Below are positions 46,053 through 55,300 of a DNA stretch of 64,000 nucleotides, one piece after another. The DNA comes from a virus. The position numbers and the translations under genes are program-made. How positions within the stretch are numbered: the stretch's first letter is position 1; the number at the start of each line of letters is the position of its first letter. Location of the stretch: IMG/VR virus record IMGVR_UViG_3300012971_000001, positions 1-64,000 of that record, one strand, 5' to 3'. The notes beneath the pieces were generated by a model. The model saw nothing but the letters and a program-made list of their open reading frames with translations. It was not told the DNA's origin and did not search any database.

Positions 46053-47489
46053 ATGGCACAGAGACTGGAACTAATCCAAGGATCGGTTAGCATAACCGCA
46101 CAGGAGACTCATCCCAACAAGATGAAATTCCGCGGAGTGCTGGTCCGTTTGGATGAGCCGTCAACCCGGCCGCCGAACGGAGCCGAAGGGCACCGAATCT
46201 ACGTTCCGACAGCGGTTGCAGCCAAGCGGTTGCAGACTCTGGTCGGCATGGGATTAAATTACGCTGAGAACTTAGATGGCCATCAGCAGAGAAGAAAAGT
46301 CGGAGTTATCCAGAAGGCAAATATCGAGGGCAAGGATCTGTGGGTTGAGGGAATTGTTTGGAAGCATGACTTTCCCGAAGCCACGGATGACTTGAAGCAG
46401 AAGAACCTGGGCATGTCGATGGAGATCGGGCAGGTAGCGGTCGACGACATCAACGCAGATGTGTGGGTGCTGAACGACTTCTATTTCCTGGGCGCCACGA
46501 TTCTGTTCCGTGATGCAGCAGCCTATGAACGTACGCAAGCAATTGCTGCGCAGGCAAACAAAGGGAGCGCAAACATGAAGAAACCGACGGTAACAAAGCC
46601 AGCAGCCGTACAGCGGATGGACGCTGGCGCCATTGCACAAATCGCCACGCAGGCTGCTGTGGAAGGCGTGTCCAAGCATTTCGCGGGCACGTTCAACCGG
46701 CAGACCAACCTGCTGGCAAGGATGGCCGCACAGTTCGAAGACGTGAACTCGCGGCTTACCGCCCTAGAAGCCGGGGCTGTCACGGATGACGAGGACGACG
46801 ACGAAATCGACGACATCGACGCAGAAGGCAACGTCGCACCTCCGCCTGCGGCAACAGCAGTTCCGAAAATGACGACAAAGAAAAAAGTCGCCGCAGCCGA
46901 TGACGAGGACGATGAGGACGATGAGGACAAGAAGGCGGACGAGGACGACGACGAGGAAATCGAATCCGAAGCCATCGACAAGGGCGATCTTGAAGAGATG
47001 GGTCCGGACACTGCCGGTGGGGACCTCGGCACGCCGGCGCATCAGAACGAAGACGACGAAAACAAAGGGAGCAGAACGACCTTGAACGACGACGTCGGAA
47101 AGACCGTAGCTTCGGCGGCTTTGAAGTCGCTTCGCAAGCAGGTGGCCAAGCTGACAGCAGGGCACGTGCAGCTGCAGCAGGAAAACAAGCGGCTGAAAAA
47201 GCAGCTGGCTGCCACGCATCGCCAAGTTACCGCAGCAGCCAACGATGTCACCCGGCGCTCGCGGCCAATCCACAATGACGTGCAGGGTCTGCTGGCAAAG
47301 AGCGGCCTGGATCCGATGAACATGCAGGCCTCGTCCCAGAAGCTTTCGGTCGCCGAAGTGGACGCACTGATCGCCTCGTCGCTTCCGAATGTGGACGTCA
47401 CCACGCGGATGACGCTCAAGAACAAGATGCTCGAAATGGGGCTGATGGAAGAAGGGGCAGTCCACCGGCAGTTGATTCCACGGGGCTAA
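46053..47489 (+). CDS. Prohead protease plus scaffold
   Basis: DGH...KVGVI, G.VWK..FPE, LGMSMEI, F.GA.IL...AAY; acidic linker and coiled coil; precedes capsid. Confidence 0.8.
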   Translation: MAQRLELIQGSVSITAQETHPNKMKFRGVLVRLDEPSTRPPNGAEGHRIYVPTAVAAKRLQTLVGMGLNYAENLDGHQQRRKVGVIQKANIEGKDLWVEGIVWKHDFPEATDDLKQKNLGMSMEIGQVAVDDINADVWVLNDFYFLGATILFRDAAAYERTQAIAAQANKGSANMKKPTVTKPAAVQRMDAGAIAQIATQAAVEGVSKHFAGTFNRQTNLLARMAAQFEDVNSRLTALEAGAVTDDEDDDEIDDIDAEGNVAPPPAATAVPKMTTKKKVAAADDEDDEDDEDKKADEDDDEEIESEAIDKGDLEEMGPDTAGGDLGTPAHQNEDDENKGSRTTLNDDVGKTVASAALKSLRKQVAKLTAGHVQLQQENKRLKKQLAATHRQVTAAANDVTRRSRPIHNDVQGLLAKSGLDPMNMQASSQKLSVAEVDALIASSLPNVDVTTRMTLKNKMLEMGLMEEGAVHRQLIPRG

Positions 47490-47525
47490 GTGCCCGGAAA
47501 GAAAAAGAAGAGGGAGACGCAGACA

Positions 47526-48506
47526 ATGGCAGAAAAAAGACCAGCAGTCTTTCAGGACTTCACAGCAGCAGCGGACTACCTCGGACCGGGCGCTATTGAA
47601 GTCAACCGTTACCAAACGGAAATCGTGGACATGGTGCGGAGACGGTTCGTGCTCGGCCAGCGGATCAATCAAACGCCGGCCACCGGGCAGCCGTCGCGTT
47701 ACTTCGAGCAGCTGGCCATCCCGACGGCCAACTTCGTCGATCCGCGTGCACTGTCCGCCACGCCGTCGCAGCCGCAGCGCCAGGAAAGAGTCCTGATGCT
47801 GAAGGCAATCACGGCTCAAATCAACTACGGGATTTTCGACGTCGAGGTGAACCAGCAGCAGGGCCAGTTCGCGTACCTCGAAGCGAAGGATCTCACGGAC
47901 ACCGTTGACGGGTGTCTGAAGGTGCATGACCAGGGCCTGTGGAACGGCAACGACACGGACCTGATCGTCAGCACGACGGCGCAGTATTACGGCGTCAGCG
48001 GCCAGCTGGTCGCAGGCGCCGGCACTCCAATCGGCAACCCGATCATCAACGTGGGCGCCGCGCCAGCCAGCCTGGTCGACGCAGTGAAGACCGGCATGGC
48101 AGCAATGGCAGCCAGGACGGACTTCGAAGTGCGGCCGTCGGCCTTCTACTCGAACCCGCTTTTCCTCGACCTGTTCGACAAGGAAGCCAAATCGCTGCAG
48201 CTCTACTACAATCAGGTGGAAATCCTGCCGGGCGTGGTGGTCGAGGGCATCCCAACGCAGCTCGGCATCCTGCCCCTGATCGGCGACCCGGCGGTGACGG
48301 TGTTCGGGACCACGACGAAGACTTACACCGGCTTCATCGTGTCGGAAGACATGATCGAATATCACTATCTGACCGACCCGCTGCCCAGAGTTTTCCAGCT
48401 GGGCTTGCTGGCAAATTTGGCCGCGCAGTATGTGGTGGTCAAGTTCGGCGCGCCGGTAGCCAAAGGTGCCGGTTACGCACATCAGGTAATTCAGACGGTT
48501 CGTTAA
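47526..48506 (+). CDS. Major capsid protein
   Basis: GGGAG RBS; ~326 aa after protease, terminator downstream, HK97-like pattern (LWNGN, YYGV, IPT.LG.LPLI.DP). Confidence 0.8.
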   Translation: MAEKRPAVFQDFTAAADYLGPGAIEVNRYQTEIVDMVRRRFVLGQRINQTPATGQPSRYFEQLAIPTANFVDPRALSATPSQPQRQERVLMLKAITAQINYGIFDVEVNQQQGQFAYLEAKDLTDTVDGCLKVHDQGLWNGNDTDLIVSTTAQYYGVSGQLVAGAGTPIGNPIINVGAAPASLVDAVKTGMAAMAARTDFEVRPSAFYSNPLFLDLFDKEAKSLQLYYNQVEILPGVVVEGIPTQLGILPLIGDPAVTVFGTTTKTYTGFIVSEDMIEYHYLTDPLPRVFQLGLLANLAAQYVVVKFGAPVAKGAGYAHQVIQTVR

Positions 48507-48538
48507 TTTCGTTCGGCGGAGAGTCCGAACCTCTGGGA

Positions 48539-48581
48539 GGGCTTGCATCTGTAAGAGGCATGGCAGGTGCAAGCCCATTTT
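48539..48581 (+). terminator. Rho-independent terminator
   Basis: GGGCTTGCATCTG...CAGGTGCAAGCCC-ATTTT. Confidence 0.75.
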
Positions 48582-48607
48582 GTTAGGTGTATAACGGTTT
48601 GTAGGAG

Positions 48608-49492
48608 TTGCTAATTGTGTCACCGACGGTCACTACCACCGAACTGAACGTGATGCCGGCAGACCTAAAGCCGTACATGCCGATGTATATCCTGCCCGAT
48701 GACTTTAGCACGTTCGGCTTACCATCCGACCCGAACTGCAATGCCGCGGGGCTGGTACAGTTCGCGAGCGCATACATCGACGAAGCCTGCGGGCGGATTG
48801 ACGGGGACGGCAGTGGTTCCTTAGCCTACTCCACCTATGTGCAGCGGCTGCTGCTACAAACAAGAAATCGCAATCTCATCCACTTAGCCATGAAGCCCAT
48901 CGTGCCGGTGGATCAAGCGACGGTAGACGATCTGATAGCACTGGCAGCGGCCGCTCCGACGGGAGAATACAGTTCCCTGTTTCAGAATACGCAGCCTTAC
49001 TACACCGGCGTGCTTCCGACCACGATCAACAGCTACAACGGCACGCCGTCGGGCTTCATAGCAGCATCCGGTCGATACGGCTACACGCGGCAGGACCGCA
49101 GCGTGGGATATCCTGATTTATATGCCATGATCAACCCGCTGAACCTCGTTACCATGTGGGGCGGCCCGGCACCGTGGGTGCCTGTGGACGCCACAATGAT
49201 CGAGTACGATCCGAAAACGGGTGAGGCATGGATTCCGGCGGGCTTACAGCTGCAGGCTTACTCAGAAATCCTTTGTATCTACAACAGCGGCTATGACCCG
49301 CGGAAAATCCCGTACACGATCAAAGCAGTGGTGGCCGGATTAGTGAAGAACGCAATCGTGCGCGGCGGCGTGACCGGAATCACGTCGTTGAATTTCGGCA
49401 AGCTGGGAGCCAGTTACAGCTTTTTCCAGGACTTGCTTGATCCGATGCTGGACAGGATGCTGACTCCGTTCAAGACGGTGAGAGGTTACTAA
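48608..49492 (+). CDS. Head-tail connector/adaptor
   Basis: ASAYIDEACGR, YNSGY..IP..IK.V, ML.PFK; position after capsid. Confidence 0.7.
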   Translation: MLIVSPTVTTTELNVMPADLKPYMPMYILPDDFSTFGLPSDPNCNAAGLVQFASAYIDEACGRIDGDGSGSLAYSTYVQRLLLQTRNRNLIHLAMKPIVPVDQATVDDLIALAAAAPTGEYSSLFQNTQPYYTGVLPTTINSYNGTPSGFIAASGRYGYTRQDRSVGYPDLYAMINPLNLVTMWGGPAPWVPVDATMIEYDPKTGEAWIPAGLQLQAYSEILCIYNSGYDPRKIPYTIKAVVAGLVKNAIVRGGVTGITSLNFGKLGASYSFFQDLLDPMLDRMLTPFKTVRGY

Positions 49493-49493
49493 G

Positions 49494-49937
49494 ATGCGAC
49501 TGGATGAAATGCTTTTGCTGAGTAAGTCAGCTACAATTCAGGCTGGCAGTGCAAAGAACGATGGCGAGATTTTCCGCGAGATGCACGACACACTGCAACA
49601 GCACGGCTTCCAGCAGGAAAGCAAGGACGACCACCACGCCGACTACCGGCACCAGAACGGAGACTTAGTCAAGCTGCGGCATTCGACGAGCAAGATGTAC
49701 CCCGAATCCAAGGCGGCTGGTAATTTTACTCTCAAGCCGCAGATGGCTTACGACAAGCGCGGCATCCCTGTGGATCGTCCTGGCGTGTCAACAAAGGGCA
49801 AGTCGTTCCGCCAGCTGCACGAGGATTCGGATGCTGAAGGCAGCGGGCATGAAGCGTTGAAGAGCACGCTGGAGCAGTTTGGTCACAAGCCGGCCTACGG
49901 GCCGCCAGAAAAGGCAGGAAAAAATGCGACTAAGTGA
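49494..49937 (+). CDS. Hypothetical virion protein with HicA-like L..HGF...Y.H..G unit
   Basis: Leader MRLDEML...TIQA; similar to next ORF. Confidence 0.55.
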   Translation: MRLDEMLLLSKSATIQAGSAKNDGEIFREMHDTLQQHGFQQESKDDHHADYRHQNGDLVKLRHSTSKMYPESKAAGNFTLKPQMAYDKRGIPVDRPGVSTKGKSFRQLHEDSDAEGSGHEALKSTLEQFGHKPAYGPPEKAGKNATK

Positions 49938-50319
49938 TGCAGTAGCAATGCGGAATATGGGCACCTTCGGCCGAACTATCATGGCAGGTGGCCCGGGCAG
50001 CGGTCGCCATCCCGGTGGCGGAAGCCAGGAAGACCAGGCAAAGGCGGATGGAGGGAAGCTTCACTCTGCCCTGTCGGAGCATGGCTTTAAGTACTCTAGC
50101 ACCGAACACGACGACCCGAGCGGAGTTGATGAGCACACATACTCGCATCCGAATGGCGAGAGCGTGAGCTTTGCCAGCTATGGCGGCGGCCCGTCGAAAG
50201 GCGGCAACACCGAATGGGAGCACAAAGACTCCAGCGGTGACAGAATCCGCAGAGGTGAAGGTGCCAAGTCGTTCGGTCAGCACATGGAACGCCATTACGG
50301 CGTAAATAAAATGAAATGA
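49924..50319 (+). CDS. GGPGSG-tagged small virion protein
   Basis: MRLSDAV...TIMAGGPGSGRHPG; LSEHGF...YSHPNG...WEH. Confidence 0.6.
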   Translation: MRLSDAVAMRNMGTFGRTIMAGGPGSGRHPGGGSQEDQAKADGGKLHSALSEHGFKYSSTEHDDPSGVDEHTYSHPNGESVSFASYGGGPSKGGNTEWEHKDSSGDRIRRGEGAKSFGQHMERHYGVNKMK

Positions 50320-50804
50320 GCAACTGTCCGCCTATCCCGAATTTAGCCTGTGCATTGGGCAGCATGCTGGACTTTCAGTTCAACATGGCAAAATCCGGTC
50401 TGCCTGCATGGCTGCGAGTTAGAAATTTTCCCGACGTGCAGAACGAGGAGGCCATCCAGCTTGGCTTCGACTTACAGCCGACCGGAGGCAAGGGCGGCGT
50501 GGGCACGACAGACATGCGGATCATGCCGCAGCCGATCATAGAAAATGTCTCGATGCATAACATCGGCCAGAGCCTGGGCAAGCTGTTGTTCGGCGCCAGG
50601 AAATTTACGGTGTCGCAGACGTTTGTCTGCAATGCCATGGCACAGCTGCACTTACAGCAGTGGCGGGACGTGTGGGAGCATCCGAAAATCGTCGGCATCG
50701 TAACCGAGGGCGTTTTATTCAGCATCGAGAGCGTCGGGCATACCGATATACAAGGTTGTCCGGTAACATGGGAATTGCTGTGCAATGCCAATGAGAGGAA
50801 GTGA
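50316..50804 (+). CDS. Putative head-closure protein
   Basis: Size, beta-rich pattern and position in neck module. Confidence 0.5.
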   Translation: MSNCPPIPNLACALGSMLDFQFNMAKSGLPAWLRVRNFPDVQNEEAIQLGFDLQPTGGKGGVGTTDMRIMPQPIIENVSMHNIGQSLGKLLFGARKFTVSQTFVCNAMAQLHLQQWRDVWEHPKIVGIVTEGVLFSIESVGHTDIQGCPVTWELLCNANERK

Positions 50805-50806
50805 CT

Positions 50807-50983
50807 ATGCCGTTGAAGAAAGGCTACGGAAAGAAAACCTTCCAACATAACGTAGCCAAGTCGATCAAGGAAGGCAAGAAACCAAATCAAGCCGTAGCTA
50901 TCGCGTACAACCAGCAGCGGGAAGCAAAGCGTGACGTAGCTTCGGCCATCGGCTTCATCAAGAAGATGAAAGGCAAATCATGA
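50807..50983 (+). CDS. Small basic phage protein (MPLKKG...QAVAIA family)
   Basis: MPLKKG....NV...IKEGK..QAVAIAY. Confidence 0.7.
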   Translation: MPLKKGYGKKTFQHNVAKSIKEGKKPNQAVAIAYNQQREAKRDVASAIGFIKKMKGKS

Positions 50984-51228
50984 AGGATGTATTTATCCGG
51001 CGCAAGCACCTACACGGGAACCTGTCGGAGCTGCTGCGCTGTCAGGTGCTGTCGGAAAACGGGGACAAGCTGCGAGTCAAGCCGGAAGGCTCGATGGCTC
51101 CGATAGAAATCAATCGATCGGAAGTAATGCCGGCAAACAAGATGACGGGAGCCAAGGATAGAGTAGCACTGGTACAGCAGCTGTTTCCGACTTCAGCCGG
51201 TGCCATGCATAACCGGCTTCCCAGATAG
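50980..51228 (+). CDS. Hypothetical protein
   Basis: ATGA coupling. Confidence 0.5.
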   Translation: MKDVFIRRKHLHGNLSELLRCQVLSENGDKLRVKPEGSMAPIEINRSEVMPANKMTGAKDRVALVQQLFPTSAGAMHNRLPR

Positions 51229-51337
51229 ATGACGGATTCAACAGATGAAAGAAGAAAGGAAGTTCAGAATGAGAGTCCAGCTTGAGAACGACGAGTTAGC
51301 GACGCCGAAACCGTCAAATAAGTCAGGAGACGGAAAT

Positions 51338-51931
51338 ATGGCCGACACGAAAGAAAAAGAGCATCAGCATAAGCAGACTACGGTTCAGGAGCATTCCGGC
51401 ACCGTTGCCAAGACGCACAAGGACGGCGAAGAAGTCGAGACGCTCGTAGCCAGCACGAATCTGATCGGCGACGCGACCACGCTGCTTGGCATGACACCGA
51501 CCGCAGCAAGCGTCGCTCTCGCCACTAACCCGAACGGACCGCTGCAGGACATCAGCGGCAACGTCGGGCTGGTGCTGAACCATTTCAAAGAGGCGGCAGC
51601 GCTGCTGAAAATCGTCAACACTGTGACCGATGCGGCAGATACAGACAAGGCCAAATTCACCGGCGTTGTCAACGCACTGACCGGAGGCGGCAGCCCAAGC
51701 GGGACCCTGCTCGCAGATATGGCTTCAGCCTTAGCCACGGCGCCGACGGCAGCCAGCGCTGCATTGGCCATCAGCCCCAACGGCCCGATCATCGACGCGC
51801 CCGGAAGCGCCGATCTGGTCAATCTCATGCTGAAGGAAGCAAAGATGATCCTGGCCCTCGTCAATCGCGTGATGGACGCGTCAGATCCGATGAAGACCAT
51901 CGTCGGCAATCTGAGCCAAGCATTGGTGTAA
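51338..51931 (+). CDS. Protein with two tandem ~70-aa helical repeats
   Basis: AGGAG RBS; PTAAS.ALA..PNGP..D..G...LV....KEA repeated twice. Confidence 0.6.
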   Translation: MADTKEKEHQHKQTTVQEHSGTVAKTHKDGEEVETLVASTNLIGDATTLLGMTPTAASVALATNPNGPLQDISGNVGLVLNHFKEAAALLKIVNTVTDAADTDKAKFTGVVNALTGGGSPSGTLLADMASALATAPTAASAALAISPNGPIIDAPGSADLVNLMLKEAKMILALVNRVMDASDPMKTIVGNLSQALV

Positions 51932-51934
51932 CTT

Positions 51935-52327
51935 ATGGCGCCGGGCGGATGCTGCAGCGGCGGCGATGAAGTCAATGTCATCGACTTCACACAGGGAGAT
52001 GACTGGGCGAGCAGCGTTACTGTCTACGATGACAGTGGCGCTGCAGCCGACCTGACCGGATTCACCGCCGAAGCGCAGATCCGCCGAGATGTAGCAGATC
52101 TTGATCCAGAGGTTGCAGCAGAGATAACGACGGAAATTGTATTGCCCAATATCATCGTGCTGTCGCTGTTACACGGAGTAACAGCGTTACTGTCGGGCAA
52201 TTACGTGTGGGATCTGGAGCTGACGTCGCCCAACGGTGCCGTGCAGACGATCCTCAGCGGCACGGTAGTCGTTACGCCGGAAGTAACCCGACCTGCCGGC
52301 CTGGTCTTGCAATACTCTGAGATATGA
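51935..52327 (+). CDS. BppU-N-like fibre attachment domain protein
   Basis: [36 protein letters not shown]. Confidence 0.65.
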   Translation: MAPGGCCSGGDEVNVIDFTQGDDWASSVTVYDDSGAAADLTGFTAEAQIRRDVADLDPEVAAEITTEIVLPNIIVLSLLHGVTALLSGNYVWDLELTSPNGAVQTILSGTVVVTPEVTRPAGLVLQYSEI

Positions 52328-55300
52328 ATGGAAACGGAAACGGCAAGAAATTCACTGCATCGCTTCGGAAGCCACCGAAGCAGCTTTCCGCATCGCTAAA
52401 ACCAGCCCAAAAATTCAGCACAAGCGGCGTAGTGACAGAAACCATGCCTGTGCCAGGGCCTCCCGGCCCGCCGGGGCCAGAAGGGCCGCAGGGACCTATC
52501 GGACCTGAAGGACCGCAAGGCACAACCGGAGCGCCCGGCACACCCGGAGCACAGGGCCCGCCTGGAGCGCAGGGAGCAACTGGCCCGCAGGGGCCGGAAG
52601 GATTGACCGGGCCAAAAGGCGTGCAAGGCGATCCGGGGCCTATTGGACCGCCTGGAAATACAGGGCCAGCGGGGCCTGCAGGACCGATGGGGCAGCCCGG
52701 CCCGATGGGACCACAGGGCACGCAAGGGCCGACCGGACCGCAGGGCATAGATGGAGTGCCCGGTCCGCAGGGTCCGCAGGGATCAGCTGGTCCGATCGGT
52801 CCGCAAGGTCCGCAAGGCGTAATCGGCTTGACCGGGCCACAGGGAGCCAAAGGCGATACCGGAGCACAGGGATTGCCTGGGCAGCAGGGACCGGCAGGCC
52901 CGACTGGAACTCAGGGTCCGATGGGGCCGAAGGGAGACCCAGGCACGACGGGAGCAACCGGCCCGCAAGGTCCAGCTGGAACGCAGGGGCCAGTCGGCCC
53001 AGCCGGAGCAGCCGGTGCCACGGGACCAAAAGGAGATCCTGGAATAGCAGGCCCGGCAGGACCTCAAGGGCCGCAAGGAAATCAGGGAGCACCCGGTGCG
53101 GTGGGAGCCACGGGTCCGCAAGGAGCGCCTGGCACGCCGGGAGCAGCAGGCCCAGCAGGACCGACAGGGCCACAGGGAGTAACGGGTCCGCAAGGCTTGC
53201 AGGGAGCGACTGGAGATCCCGGCACACCCGGAGCACAGGGGCCGACTGGGCCAACCGGACCGCGCGGTGCCACCGGCCCGGCAGGACCGCAAGGAATTCA
53301 GGGTCCGCAGGGAGTTGGAATAGAAATAAAAGGCACCGTGCCCACCGAGGCAAACCTGCCAGCAACAGCTAATCCCGGCGATGCTTACATTGTAGCAGAC
53401 ACCGGGCATATGTGGGTCTGGGATGCACAGACGGGCTGGGTAGATGCTGGAATGGTGCAGGGACCTCCCGGCCCGCAGGGCATTCAGGGGCCTGCCGGCG
53501 CCACCGGAGCAGTTGGCCCTCAGGGTCCGCAGGGAGTGCAAGGAACTCAGGGTCCGAAGGGTGATCCGGGTTTGACGGGAACGACGGGGCCTGCAGGCCC
53601 TACGGGGCCACAGGGTGTGCCTGGTCCCGAGGGGCAGGCGGGCCAGACAGGGCCTCAGGGGCCGACTGGGTTAACGGGAGCAGAAGGGCCTGTCGGACCG
53701 CAGGGACCACAGGGTGCCACCGGCCCTACGGGGCAGCAGGGCGCGACGGGCGATCCTGGCCCTACCGGACCGACTGGAAATACCGGCCCTGCCGGTGCAG
53801 CTGGTCCGCAGGGTGCAGCTGGTCCGCAGGGAGATCCTGGCATTCAGGGACCAAAAGGAGATCCTGGCCCTACGGGTCCGCAGGGGCCACAAGGCGTGCC
53901 TGGACCGCAGGGAATAAAAGGCGACACTGGCGCGCAGGGCGCGACCGGGCAGCAGGGGCCGCCTGGAACGACCGGAGCCACTGGCCCTGCCGGTCCGCAA
54001 GGCACACAGGGCTTGCCAGGGCCACAGGGCGATCCTGGTGCAACTGGTGCGCAGGGACCAGCTGGAGCGACTGGCGCGACTGGAGCACAAGGCCCGAAGG
54101 GCGATACGGGTGCAGATGGAGCGACTGGGCCTCCCGGCGCAACTGGCAATACCGGACCAGCAGGGCCGCAGGGATCTCAGGGCGTGAAGGGCGATCCTGG
54201 CACGCCTGGTGCGACTGGCCCGGCAGGTGCACAGGGGCCAGCAGGTCCGACTGGCGCTCAAGGTCCGCAAGGCCCGCAGGGATTGCAGGGTGCCCAAGGT
54301 CAGCAGGGACCCGTGGGCGATACTGGTGTCGCGGGGCCGCCGGGACCGATAGGCCCTGCAGGCCCGGTGGGGCCGGAAGGTCCGCAAGGCGTGCAGGGTC
54401 CGGTCGGACCAACCGGAGCGACTGGCCCGCAAGGCCCAAAAGGCGACCCTGGACCGCAGGGCGTAGCCGGACCTACCGGCCCAATCGGAAATACCGGCCC
54501 TGCTGGCCCTCAGGGAGTAAAAGGCGACACAGGGCTGACCGGCCCGCAAGGCCCGATTGGAAATACTGGCCCTCAGGGCGCGAAAGGCGACCCCGGCGCG
54601 ACGGGAGCTACCGGGGCAACGGGACCGCAGGGACCAATTGGAAATACAGGCCCGGCTGGCCCGCAAGGACCTACGGGTGCAGATAGCACGGTGCCCGGAC
54701 CGCCCGGAGCGACAGGGCCAGCAGGTCCGCAGGGACCAAAAGGTGATGCCGGACCACAGGGCTTGACCGGCTCGCAAGGCCCTCCCGGCGCAGCCGGATC
54801 GACCGGACCGATTGGGCCAGTAGGGCCGCAGGGAGCGCAGGGAAATCCCGGCATTCAAGGGCCGAAAGGTGACACGGGAGCTACTGGCCCGCAGGGATTG
54901 ACAGGACCACAGGGATTAACAGGACCACAGGGAGTCGCTGGTCCGACCGGACCTACGGGAGCCACGGGTCCGCAGGGACCGATTGGAAATACGGGTGCCA
55001 CAGGCCCGCAGGGTCCGCAAGGTATACCAGGAGTCATCCAAGGCGTGCAGGACGAGGGCACGAACCTGCCCGGGCGTCAATATATTAATTTCATCGGCGG
55101 TGCAGTTACCGCAGTAGATGACTTGGCCAACAATCGAACAAATATCACGATCCCAAGCGTGACGCCAGCCGGAAGCACGGGCTACGTACAGTTCAACAAC
55201 GCCGGAGCGTTCGGCGCATCGTCCGCATTGTTCTGGGACATCACCAATACGCGGCTCGGCATAGGCACGACGACGCCGAATGTAAAGCTTGACGTGAGAG

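Noticed and set aside
46764-48623. 619-aa minus-strand ORF and other long minus-strand ORFs (e.g. 790-1902, 2542-3282)
   Set aside because: Antisense shadows of GC-rich, codon-biased plus-strand genes; no motifs
52396-55061. Many minus-strand Gly/Pro/Cys-rich ORFs
   Set aside because: Artefacts of the collagen repeat
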